30,215 nt of DNA from Chitinophagaceae bacterium (lineage in GTDB: Bacteria > Bacteroidota > Bacteroidia > Chitinophagales > Chitinophagaceae): contig JBKCGF010000097.1 in the NCBI GenBank assembly GCA_046303455.1, positions 1-30,215 on the forward strand, read 5' to 3'. The position numbers and the translations under genes are program-made. Positions 1 to 8,385 of the stretch are shown here, piece after piece; position 1 is the first letter of the stretch; each line of letters begins with the position of its first letter. The notes below the pieces were generated by a model. That model saw only the letters and a program-made list of their open reading frames with translations. It was not told the DNA's origin and searched no databases.

Positions 1-799
1 AGGCTTTGGCCAGTTGGTCGTCATTTGGAGCAATTCCATGCCAGCCATGATCGTTTTCCATGAAATCAACGCCTTTGCCCATTAATGTTTTCATGATGAT
101 GGCGATTGGCTTTCCTTTTCCGGTTTCTTCCTTGGCCAAGGCTAATACACGGATGACATCATCCATATCATTGCCATCCATTTCCAGGGTTGTCCAGCCA
201 AATGTTTCAAATTTTTCCTTCAGGTTACCCAGGGAAATGACTTTATCAGTTGGACCATCAATTTGTTGACCGTTAAAATAGACTGTCGCAATCAGGTTAT
301 CTACTTTGTGGTGTGCTGCAAACATGACAGCTTCCCAAATTTGTCACTCTTGCAATTCTCCATCCCCATGCAACGAATAAACCAGGTTACTGTCCTTATT
401 CAGTTTTTTAGCTAAAGCAGCACCTATCGCTACACTCAATCCTTGTCCCAATGAACCGGAAGCAATTCTCACACCTGGCAGATGTTCATGAGTTGTTGGG
501 TGACCTTGTAATCTCGAGTTGAGTTTTCTAAAAGTAGACAGCTCATCGATAGGAAAATAGCCTGAACGGGCCAGGCAAGAATAAAATACAGGGGAAATAT
601 GTCCATTAGATAGAATGAAAATGTCTTCATTTATACCATCCATCTGGAAAGCAGGATTGTGTTTCATTACCTTGAAATACAAGGCAGTTAGAAAATCTGT
701 GCAGCCTAAAGATCCACCGGGATGACCACTTTGAACGGCATGAACCATTCTAACTATATCCCTTCTGATTTGTGTTGCTGTATCCTGCAAAGATGCCAT
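1..799 (-). pseudogene. tkt: Transketolase N-terminal (thiamine-diphosphate-binding) subunit of a split transketolase. One in-frame TGA at 344..346. The 3' end lies beyond the window start.
   Basis: The ORF-track 344..817 product carries HPGGSLG, LSNGH and GSLGQGL and ends ...LHGDGELQE*. My hand translation of the same frame below the TGA (2..343) has no stop. It continues QIWEAVMFAAHHKVDNLIATVYFNGQQIDGPT...MENDHGWHGIAPNDDQLAKA, which is the rest of the TPP-binding fold. I prefer ATG 799 (MASLQD...) to TTG 817 because a TAgcTTTG box occupies 815..822. Confidence 0.85.
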
Positions 800-814
800 G
801 GTGATGATTTTTGG

Positions 815-822
815 CAAAGCTA
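815..822 (-). promoter_or_regulatory. Candidate Bacteroidota -7 promoter box (TAgcTTTG) for the transketolase gene
   Basis: The minus strand reads TAGCTTTG, an exact match to TAnnTTTG. Its last base is 15 nt upstream of ATG 799. I saw no good -33 TTTG at canonical spacing. Confidence 0.45.
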
Positions 823-949
823 ATGTTTTTGAAGTTTTTTCCCCAGCTACAATGTTTTTTTATCCATAGGGCTGGTAAAATAACTTGAAGATTAATTCGT
901 TTAAATACAGACCTTTGGGTTAGACAATTTTATACTAGAACAGCCAAAC

Positions 950-2068
950 ATGGAAATTCTTGTTTTTGCAGCACTGCTTTCATTTTTAATAGCATTTATT
1001 GCCACTCCAGTGGTAATAAAAGTTGCTGATGCAAAGAAATTGTTCGACCAGCCCTCGGCTCATAAAGTACATTTCACACCAATACCCACTTTTGGAGGTA
1101 TATCCTTTTTTGTTTCTGTTCTTTTTTCTTTGATTTTACTGGTTTCATTTAAAGTAGCTCCAGAGCTTCAAAATTTTATAGCAGCATCTATTCTCATTTT
1201 CTTTATTGGACTGAAAGACGATGTTTATTTGATTTCACCTTCCAAAAAATTTATTGGTCAGTTATTAGCTGTTTTTATATTGACTTATCAGGGTGATTTT
1301 CAGTTAACTACTCTTCAGGGTCTAATGGGTGTTGGGGTATTGCATCCGGTTTTATCTACTGCATTTACTTATTTAACCTTTCTTGTTATCATCAATGCAT
1401 TTAACCTGATTGATGGCATTGATGGCTTGGCTGCCTTATTGGGTATAATTGCTGGTACCTTTTTTGCCGTTTCTTTTTTAGTTGCAGAAAATTGGCCATA
1501 CGCAATTCTTGCATGCTCACTTGTTTTTGGGTTATTGGGATTTCTCGTTTACAACTTTTCACCTGCCAGAGTTTTCATGGGGGATACAGGATCATTATTT
1601 CTGGGTTTGGTTTTGGCTGTTTTGTCAGTGAAGTTCATTAGAACAGACTCGCAACTTATCAATAAGATAAATATAACTGAAACAGGGGCAATGGCTTTTG
1701 CGGCTGTATTTATTCCAATAATGGATACTTTGAGAGTGTTCATGATACGTATTTACAAGGGCATGTCACCCTTTGATCGTGATGTCAACCATATCCATCA
1801 TATCCTGCTCAACAAAGGGTTTTCACACAGAAAAGCTGCATTAATACTAACAGTTGCATCAATCTTTTTTATATCAATTTCGTATTTACTTCAGCAATTT
1901 GGGATTAATGTCATGATTGCATTTCTTTTTGTTAGTGGGGCTATCCTATTTTTATTCTTTTCGAAGACAGCATCCAATAATAAGCCCGAGAAATTCAATG
2001 GAGTAAAAACTGATCAGGTTTCGTTATTAGATAGAAATAGATTGAAAAGTACAGAATTAAACAATTGA
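950..2068 (+). CDS. Glycosyltransferase family 4 polyprenyl-phosphate sugar-1-phosphate transferase (MraY/WecA family)
   Basis: 372 aa, polytopic and hydrophobic throughout. NAFNLIDGIDGLA and FMGDTGSLFLG motifs are typical of the family. ATG start, TGA stop. Confidence 0.85.
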   Translation: MEILVFAALLSFLIAFIATPVVIKVADAKKLFDQPSAHKVHFTPIPTFGGISFFVSVLFSLILLVSFKVAPELQNFIAASILIFFIGLKDDVYLISPSKKFIGQLLAVFILTYQGDFQLTTLQGLMGVGVLHPVLSTAFTYLTFLVIINAFNLIDGIDGLAALLGIIAGTFFAVSFLVAENWPYAILACSLVFGLLGFLVYNFSPARVFMGDTGSLFLGLVLAVLSVKFIRTDSQLINKINITETGAMAFAAVFIPIMDTLRVFMIRIYKGMSPFDRDVNHIHHILLNKGFSHRKAALILTVASIFFISISYLLQQFGINVMIAFLFVSGAILFLFFSKTASNNKPEKFNGVKTDQVSLLDRNRLKSTELNN

Positions 2069-2106
2069 TCAATTTAGTTTTCTTGCGTGCATTCCGCTGC
2101 ATTTCT

Positions 2107-2114
2107 TAAATTTG
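2107..2114 (+). promoter_or_regulatory. Candidate -7 promoter box (TAaaTTTG) for frr
   Basis: Exact TAnnTTTG, 18 nt upstream of the frr ATG at 2133. A cTTG at 2083..2085 lies 21 nt upstream and is compatible with a -33 element. Confidence 0.5.
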
Positions 2115-2132
2115 CACTTGAAATTTTGAAAT

Positions 2133-2696
2133 ATGTCTGAGGAACTTCATCAACAAGTAAAGGACGCCAACTCATCCATGGAGAAGGCGATATCACATTT
2201 AGAGTCAGAATTGGTTAAAATTCGCGCTGGAAGAGCCAATCCTCAAATGTTTGATGGTTTGGTGGTCGATTATTATGGATCTCCAACTGCAATCGCTCAG
2301 GTAGCAAATATTTCTGTAGCAGATGCAAGAACACTCACTATTCAGCCATGGGAAAAGAACATGTTGCAGCCAATTGAGCGCTCTATTATTGCTGCAAACA
2401 TTGGGGTAACGCCTCAAAATGATGGCGCTATCATCCGTATTTTTCTTCCCCCGCTTACAGAAGAGAGAAGAAAAGAAATTGTAAAAAGGGTGCAGGGTGA
2501 GGGAGAACAATCAAAAATTGCCATAAGAAATATCAGAAGAGATGCAATTGAGCAGGTGAAAAAACTTCAAAAAAATGGCTTGAGTGAGGATGCTGCTCAG
2601 GATGGTGAGAAGGAGATTCAGGAGCTTACCAATAAATTTATCGCTTTGGTGGACAAGCACCTTGCTGCTAAAGAAAAGGAAATCATGAGTGTATAG
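2133..2696 (+). CDS. frr: Ribosome recycling factor
   Basis: 187 aa. Full-length resemblance to Frr (KIRAGRANPQMFDGLVVDYYGSPT, LTIQPWEK, LPPLTEERRKE, IRNIRRDA). Confidence 0.95.
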   Translation: MSEELHQQVKDANSSMEKAISHLESELVKIRAGRANPQMFDGLVVDYYGSPTAIAQVANISVADARTLTIQPWEKNMLQPIERSIIAANIGVTPQNDGAIIRIFLPPLTEERRKEIVKRVQGEGEQSKIAIRNIRRDAIEQVKKLQKNGLSEDAAQDGEKEIQELTNKFIALVDKHLAAKEKEIMSV

Positions 2697-2697
2697 G

Positions 2698-3552
2698 TTA
2701 TTTGTTGGCCAATCTTACGCCAGCTAAAATAACAACCATTCCGATTAGTTGCAGACTGGTTATGGTTTCTCCGAAATAGATTCCCCATCCCAAGGCGACA
2801 AAGGGAATGATATAGGTAACTGTAGACGCGAACACAGGCCCTGCCTTTTTCATCAATTGATAAAATATTACCGAAGCTACACCCGTATTGATCAGTCCCA
2901 GCAATCCCGCAATGAGCGTGCCTTTTGTCCAGCTGCCATTCATCAAATTAGGATGTGTAAAATAGCCAGTTGCACCCAAAACAATCAAGGTTGGAATAAT
3001 GAGTGACGTGAAAGCGATTGTTGCAATATGCAAGGGAGCCACGTTTTGAACATATTTGTTTACCACGTTTACATTGAGTCCGTAAAAAATTGTAGCCAAA
3101 AGGACAAACAAAGAATAGGTGAGGTGGTCAAAATTGATACCATTGGAACCTCCAAGGTTGGTGATGAGCATACCTGTAAACCCAATAAATATGCCCAGCC
3201 ATTTCAGCCATCCTATTTTCAAGTGAAAGAAGAAAGTGCCTATTGCTATGGTGAAAACGGGGGTCAGTGCATTAAGTATTCCTGCTAGTGAGCTGTCGAT
3301 TTTGGTTTGTGCAATGCAGAAGAAAAAGGCTGGAAAAAAAGTACCCAGAAATCCAGAAAGGATAATTGGTCCAAGGGCTTCTTTTGGGGTCTGTTTATAG
3401 GCTTTTTTGATCAGAGGAAGAAAGCAAAGGCCTGCAAAAAAAATACGTATGGAAGCCACCTGATATGGGCTCATTGTTTCAAGCCCCTCCGCTATCAAAA
3501 TAAAGGAACTTCCCCAGATCAGGCAAAGAGAGATGAACAACAGCCACTTCAT
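2698..3552 (-). CDS. EamA/DMT-family transporter
   Basis: 284 aa, about 10 hydrophobic helices in two halves, typical of a duplicated EamA domain. Substrate cannot be determined from sequence. Confidence 0.75.
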   Translation of the reverse strand: MKWLLFISLCLIWGSSFILIAEGLETMSPYQVASIRIFFAGLCFLPLIKKAYKQTPKEALGPIILSGFLGTFFPAFFFCIAQTKIDSSLAGILNALTPVFTIAIGTFFFHLKIGWLKWLGIFIGFTGMLITNLGGSNGINFDHLTYSLFVLLATIFYGLNVNVVNKYVQNVAPLHIATIAFTSLIIPTLIVLGATGYFTHPNLMNGSWTKGTLIAGLLGLINTGVASVIFYQLMKKAGPVFASTVTYIIPFVALGWGIYFGETITSLQLIGMVVILAGVRLANK

Positions 3553-3620
3553 TGGTTATCAATTGAGCAGCAAATGTCGGAATTTAATGCTGAAGCAGTC
3601 TAACATACCTTGCATTTTTC

Positions 3621-3628
3621 TATATTTG
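3621..3628 (+). promoter_or_regulatory. Candidate -7 promoter box (TAtaTTTG) for scpA
   Basis: Exact TAnnTTTG in the divergent gap between the EamA gene and scpA. It ends 25 nt upstream of the TTG start at 3654. Confidence 0.45.
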
Positions 3629-3653
3629 TCGCCTATCTCTAATAAACAGACCA

Positions 3654-4433
3654 TTGAATACTACATCCTACCAAATTTCTTTGCCTCAGTTTGAGGGTCC
3701 ATTTGATTTGTTATTGTTCTTTATTGAGCGCGACGAGTTGGATATTTATAATATTCCCATTAAAAAAATCATCGATGATTTTTTGGCATTTATCAAGCAA
3801 TCGGAGGATGATAATATTGAATTGAGTAGTGAATTCATCTTGTTCATTTCAACCTTGATGAGAATCAAGGCGAAATTATTATTGCCCAGAAAAGAACTTG
3901 ATGAACAGGGTAATGAAATTGATCCTCGTCAGGAATTGATTGATAAAATCCTTGAGTATAAAAAATTCAAAGAAGCATCAACCAAGTTGGCTGAAATGGA
4001 GAAGGAGAGGATGTTTATGTTTAAGCGAGGTAACCAACAGACAGATTTACATGCAGTAGGTGAGGAGGCTTCGGAAGGAACAGAGATTCAATCTATTTCA
4101 CTTTTCAAATTGATGAAAGTCTTTGAAAAGGTTATGCAGCGCTTACATGATCGCCAGAACAAACCACAACACGTTGTATACCGTTACAACTATACAATGG
4201 AAGAAACCCGCGAACAGGTCTTGTCGCTTACCTCAAGAGAAAAGACGCTTTCATTTGAGAAAATGTTTGATGTTTGTCAGGACCGTCTCCATGCAATTTT
4301 TATATTCCTGACTGTTCTGGAGTTGGTGCAACAGAATTACATGTCTATTATCATAGGTGAAGGTAGAAACAACTTTATAGTTGAGTACAATCCCGACAGA
4401 CCCGAAGACGTACAGTTCGATATTAATGCATAA
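3654..4433 (+). CDS. scpA: Segregation and condensation protein A (kleisin of the SMC complex)
   Basis: 259 aa. The N-terminal LPQFEGPFDLLLFFIERDELDIYNIPI is the ScpA signature. There is no in-frame ATG before this motif, so a TTG start is inferred. No scpB follows. Confidence 0.85.
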   Translation: MNTTSYQISLPQFEGPFDLLLFFIERDELDIYNIPIKKIIDDFLAFIKQSEDDNIELSSEFILFISTLMRIKAKLLLPRKELDEQGNEIDPRQELIDKILEYKKFKEASTKLAEMEKERMFMFKRGNQQTDLHAVGEEASEGTEIQSISLFKLMKVFEKVMQRLHDRQNKPQHVVYRYNYTMEETREQVLSLTSREKTLSFEKMFDVCQDRLHAIFIFLTVLELVQQNYMSIIIGEGRNNFIVEYNPDRPEDVQFDINA

Positions 4434-6348
4434 CCTTTACTTGCTCAGCCATTAATGTTCTTGCAGCTTCCATGATGGCATCTGTATCATAGTTACACTC
4501 TTTGTGCAATTCTTTTTGTGAACCATGCTCTACTATTCTGTCGGGTATACCAAGAATTTTAACCGTAGCTGTGTAGTTGTGCTGGGCCATAAATTCTAAT
4601 ATGGCCGATCCCATTCCACCTACAACAGTTCCGTCTTCTACTGTGATGATTTTATTGTATTGTGAAAAAACTTCATGGAGCATTTCTTCATCCAGTGGTT
4701 TCACAAACCTAAGGTCGTAGTGAGCAGGAGTAATTCCTTCGGTTCTTAAATTTCTGATAGCAGCAGCAGCAAAATTACCCGGATGTCCAAAGGATAAGAT
4801 TGCAATTTCTTTACCATCCTTTAGTTTTCTGCCCTTTCCTATTTCGACTTCTTTCATTTCTGTTTGCCATTCGGGCATCATTCCTTCTCCTCTTGGATAG
4901 CGAATAACAAATGGAAGTTTAGTGCTTTCCAATTGTGAAGTATACATTAGGTTTCTGAGTTCAGCTTCGTTCATTGGTGCTGAAACAATCATATTTGGAA
5001 CGCAGCGCATGTAGGCAATATCGTATACTCCATGGTGAGTTGGACCATCATCTCCTACCAGGCCCGCACGGTCCAGACAGAAAACAACCGGCAACTTTTG
5101 TATGGCTACATCATGCACTACCTGGTCGTATGCACGTTGCATGAAGGAAGAATAGATGTTACAAAAAACTTTCAATCCTTGTGTGGCCATACCAGCACTA
5201 AGGGTTACTGCATGTTGCTCACAGATGCCTACATCAATTGCTCGATCGGGCATTTCATCCATCATGAACTTGAGTGATGAGCCTGAAGGCATGGCCGGTG
5301 TGATACCGAAAATCTTATCGTTTTTCTTCGCCAGTTCAATGATGGTTTTTCCAAATACGTCCTGGTATTTTGGAGGTTGTGGCGTATCAAATGTCTTTTT
5401 ATAAATTTCACCGGTCACCTTATCAAATAATCCAGGTGCATGCCATTTGGTCTGGTCCTTTTCGGCAAGCGCATATCCCTTTCCTTTGGTCGTAATGATG
5501 TGCAGGAGTTTTGGACCAGGAATATCTCTCAGGTCTTTGAGTGTATCTACTAACTTAGTAATGTTATGTCCATCAATAGGTCCGAAATAACGCATCTTCA
5601 TAGACTCAAACAAGTTGCTTCTTTTGTTGATGAATCCTTTGATGCTGTGTTCAAGTTTGCTGGCAATTTCTCTGGAAAAGTTGCCTCCGACAGGAAGTTT
5701 ACCCAGGGTATTCCAGATATCATCCTTGATCTTGTTATACGTATGCGAAGTAGTAATATCAGTAAGGTATTCACGCAAGGATCCCACGTTAGGGTCAATG
5801 CTCATGTTGTTGTCATTCAAGATCACCAAAAGATCAGCCTCAGCAACACCTGCATGGTTCATGGCTTCGAATGCCATTCCAGCGGTCATGGATCCGTCTC
5901 CAATTACAGCGACCGATTTTTTATCAAGTTCTCCTTTGTGTTTGGCGGCAATGGCCATACCCAAAGCAGCAGAAATAGAAGTGGATGAGTGTCCAACACC
6001 AAATGTATCGTATTCACTTTCGCTTCTTTTAGGGAAACCACTTAAACCTCCATATTTTCTGTTGGTAGGAAAATTATCTCTTCTGCCAGTTAGAATTTTA
6101 TGTCCATATGCTTGATGGCCTACGTCCCATACCAGTTGATCGTAAGGGGTGTTGTAAACATAATGAAGTGCGACAGAAAGTTCAACCACTCCAAGACTGG
6201 CGCCGAAATGACCTCCATGAACACTCACTACATCAATGATATATTGTCTCAGTTCATCACATACCTTATGCAACTCTTCTTTGCCTAATTTTTTTAAGTC
6301 GTCTGGAGAATTGATGTGTTGTAATAATGCGCCTGGTTCAATCTTCAT
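4423..6348 (-). CDS. dxs: 1-deoxy-D-xylulose-5-phosphate synthase
   Basis: 641 aa. GGHFGASLGVVELSVALHYV, WDVGHQAYGHKILTGRR and IGDGSMTAGMAFEAMNHAG are Dxs hallmarks. The 3' end overlaps scpA by 11 nt. Confidence 0.95.
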   Translation of the reverse strand: MKIEPGALLQHINSPDDLKKLGKEELHKVCDELRQYIIDVVSVHGGHFGASLGVVELSVALHYVYNTPYDQLVWDVGHQAYGHKILTGRRDNFPTNRKYGGLSGFPKRSESEYDTFGVGHSSTSISAALGMAIAAKHKGELDKKSVAVIGDGSMTAGMAFEAMNHAGVAEADLLVILNDNNMSIDPNVGSLREYLTDITTSHTYNKIKDDIWNTLGKLPVGGNFSREIASKLEHSIKGFINKRSNLFESMKMRYFGPIDGHNITKLVDTLKDLRDIPGPKLLHIITTKGKGYALAEKDQTKWHAPGLFDKVTGEIYKKTFDTPQPPKYQDVFGKTIIELAKKNDKIFGITPAMPSGSSLKFMMDEMPDRAIDVGICEQHAVTLSAGMATQGLKVFCNIYSSFMQRAYDQVVHDVAIQKLPVVFCLDRAGLVGDDGPTHHGVYDIAYMRCVPNMIVSAPMNEAELRNLMYTSQLESTKLPFVIRYPRGEGMMPEWQTEMKEVEIGKGRKLKDGKEIAILSFGHPGNFAAAAIRNLRTEGITPAHYDLRFVKPLDEEMLHEVFSQYNKIITVEDGTVVGGMGSAILEFMAQHNYTATVKILGIPDRIVEHGSQKELHKECNYDTDAIMEAARTLMAEQVKVMH

Positions 6349-6507
6349 TCCAAAGGTTTTGGGTCTGATTTTAGATAACAGATAATCTAATGATTTGTTC
6401 GGTGTTTTTGACAGTTTACAGGGTTAAAGTTAATCAAAAAACTTGCCAGTCAACGCACCTAAAACACCTTTGGTCAAAAAATACAACGTGAAATAAGGGT
6501 GTTTTGA

Positions 6508-6515
6508 TAGTTTTG
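6508..6515 (+). promoter_or_regulatory. Candidate -7 promoter box (TAgtTTTG) for the kinase/regulator operon
   Basis: Exact TAnnTTTG, but only 5 nt before ATG 6521 (2 nt before GTG 6518). This implies a leaderless or near-leaderless mRNA, or a chance match. Confidence 0.3.
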
Positions 6516-6520
6516 GGGTG

Positions 6521-7570
6521 ATGCTGCATAAAATTAATAGTTTTCCCAAGTATTGGTTGTTTCAAGTGGTGGGGTGGACTGTATTCACAGGCATCAATAT
6601 ATTTTTTGCGCTCACCTACAACCTGTTTGATCGGCAGTTTATTTTCAGAATCAGTATCTATGTGATCATAGGATTTCTGATGTCGCACCTCATGCGAAAA
6701 ATAATTAAGAGCGTTCGTTTGTTGCAGCGTAATGTAAACATACAGCTTGTAGGATTTGTGTTGATTTCATTTGGGTTTTCAGTACTTGTTGGAACAATTG
6801 AAACTTATGCAAGTATTTTATTGAATCTTGAATATAAAGAGGAAGCAAACTTTGAAATGTTGCAAAAGATATTAAGCAACATGTTCACATCTTTCATTTA
6901 CTTTTTCATATGGAATTGCATTTATTTCATTTATCATTATGTGGCAGAGACCAGAAAGAATCAGTTGGATAATTTGAAGTTGGAAGCACTTGTAAAATCA
7001 CTTGAATTAAAAACAATTAAATCGCATATCAATCCGCATTTTATTTTTAATGCCTTGAACAGTATAAGAGCCTTGATTGATGAAAATCCCAACAGGGCCA
7101 GACACGCTGTAACAGGATTGAGTAAGATTCTTAGATCCAGTATGCAGTCTGATCAACTGGAAATTATAACCCTGGAAAAAGAACTTGATATTGTGAAGGA
7201 TTACCTTGCTTTGGAATTGATCAGGTTTGAGGATCGTTTAAAAATTTCATACCAGATAGAGGACGAAACACTGGATAATCCTATACCTCCAATGATGTTG
7301 CAAACACTGGTGGAAAATTCCATCAAGCATGGAATAGGAAAAAAAGTAGAAGGGGGAGAGATTATTATTTCTGCTCATGAAGAGGAAGGGGTCTATGTAC
7401 TAAGTGTAGTAAATACGGGGATATTGGAAATTCCAAAAGAACATGAAGGATTTGGATTGATCAGTACTTTAAATCGATTGAATTTAATTTTTGGAGAAAA
7501 GGCATCCTTCTCAATTGTTCAGTTGGATAGTGAAAAGGTTGAAGCAAAAGCAATCATACCACTCAAATAA
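6521..7570 (+). CDS. Membrane sensor histidine kinase, LytS/YehU-like (His_kinase + HATPase domains)
   Basis: Four N-terminal TM helices with almost no loops. These are followed by HINPHFIFNALNSI (the phospho-acceptor region of LytS-type kinases) and an ATPase region (LVENSIKHG, GFGL). The GTG at 6518 is an alternative start. Confidence 0.85.
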   Translation: MLHKINSFPKYWLFQVVGWTVFTGINIFFALTYNLFDRQFIFRISIYVIIGFLMSHLMRKIIKSVRLLQRNVNIQLVGFVLISFGFSVLVGTIETYASILLNLEYKEEANFEMLQKILSNMFTSFIYFFIWNCIYFIYHYVAETRKNQLDNLKLEALVKSLELKTIKSHINPHFIFNALNSIRALIDENPNRARHAVTGLSKILRSSMQSDQLEIITLEKELDIVKDYLALELIRFEDRLKISYQIEDETLDNPIPPMMLQTLVENSIKHGIGKKVEGGEIIISAHEEEGVYVLSVVNTGILEIPKEHEGFGLISTLNRLNLIFGEKASFSIVQLDSEKVEAKAIIPLK

Positions 7571-7580
7571 ATTGAAACCC

Positions 7581-8318
7581 ATGAAAAAAACTGCAATCAT
7601 TGTTGATGATGAAAGACTGGCAAGAAATGAGTTGAAAAAAATGCTGACTGATTATCCTGAAATAGAAGTAATTGGAGAAGCTGGTAATGTGGATGAGGCA
7701 TTGAAATCGATTGAAGAATTAGGTCCGGATATCCTTTTCCTTGATATACAAATGCCTGCAAAGACAGGCTTCGATTTACTAGCGGAACTGGATGCAGTGC
7801 CAACTGTGATCTTTACGACCGCTCATGATGAATATGCTTTAAAAGCTTTTGAAGTAAATGCATTGGATTATTTATTGAAACCAATAGATCCTAAAAGACT
7901 TTCAGACGCAATTCAGAAGGTAATGTTTTTGGAAGAGCGTGAAATGATAAGCAATGAAACCAGAAATGAAAACAAATCGTTTTTAAATGATGGTGATCAA
8001 GTCTTTGTTAAAGACGGAGAAAAATGCTGGTTTGTGAAGTTGTCTGAAATAAGGCTTTTCGAATCTGTTGGAAATTATGCCAGGGTATTTTTCGGGACCA
8101 ATAAGCCTTTGATTCTTAAATCGCTGAATTCATTGGAAGAAAGGCTTGATCCAAAAACTTTTTTCAGGGCCAATAGAAAGCATATTGTCAATTTGAGAAT
8201 GATAGAGAAAGTAGAGCCTTTCTTTAATGGGGGACTATTACTTGAAATCAAGGGTGGGGAAAAAATTGAAGTCTCTAGAAGGCAGGCAGTCAGGTTTAAA
8301 GAAATGATGAGTCTGTGA
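7581..8318 (+). CDS. LytTR-family response regulator
   Basis: MKKTAIIVDDE...ILFLDIQMP receiver domain plus a C-terminal LytTR DNA-binding domain (FRANRKHIVNL, EVSRRQ). It starts 10 nt after the kinase stop. TGA stop. Confidence 0.9.
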   Translation: MKKTAIIVDDERLARNELKKMLTDYPEIEVIGEAGNVDEALKSIEELGPDILFLDIQMPAKTGFDLLAELDAVPTVIFTTAHDEYALKAFEVNALDYLLKPIDPKRLSDAIQKVMFLEEREMISNETRNENKSFLNDGDQVFVKDGEKCWFVKLSEIRLFESVGNYARVFFGTNKPLILKSLNSLEERLDPKTFFRANRKHIVNLRMIEKVEPFFNGGLLLEIKGGEKIEVSRRQAVRFKEMMSL

Positions 8319-8362
8319 TTTTATTGTGAACATATAGCACTCAGGGGGTGTCGAATTAATCT

Positions 8363-8370
8363 TATTTTTG
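8363..8370 (+). promoter_or_regulatory. Candidate -7 promoter box (TAttTTTG) for the DUF3109/LutB-like pair
   Basis: Exact TAnnTTTG that overlaps the ORF-track TTG start at 8368. This argues for the in-frame TTG at 8386 as the real start. Confidence 0.45.
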
Positions 8371-8385
8371 CTAAAATACCTCCCA

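Noticed and set aside
344-346. TGA reassigned to glycine (translation table 25, as in SR1/Gracilibacteria) or to Trp (table 4), which would explain the in-frame TGA at a Gly position
   Set aside because: TGA clearly terminates the WecA-like gene (2066..2068) and the LytTR regulator (8316..8318) at family-typical lengths. Twenty-two other genes, up to 1120 codons long, contain no in-frame TGA. A recoded genome would show many.
300-346. Selenocysteine insertion at the TGA
   Set aside because: The column is an invariant Gly in the TPP motif, not a redox Cys/Sec site. The only local structure is a weak 5-bp stem (TGACA...TGTCA) that includes the stop codon itself, unlike a bacterial SECIS hairpin placed downstream. 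No sel genes are in the window.
5566-6115. Long plus-strand ORFs (140 and 166 aa, with others at 5032..5404 and 6100..6288) antisense to dxs
   Set aside because: They lie entirely inside a full-length, well-conserved dxs frame. They have low-complexity, unrecognisable products and no promoter gap. These are typical shadow ORFs.
6349-6517. TPP riboswitch or another structured leader upstream of dxs, a TPP-dependent enzyme
   Set aside because: Reading the minus strand, I find no CUGAGA/ACCUGAU-type THI-box core. dxs is not a usual TPP-riboswitch target. The gap must also hold two divergent promoters.
7491-7580. ORF-track N-terminal extension of the response regulator, overlapping the kinase 3' end by 80 nt
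   Set aside because: The extension is read in another frame of the kinase gene and has no receiver-domain similarity. MKKTAIIVDDE at 7581 is the canonical receiver N-terminus.
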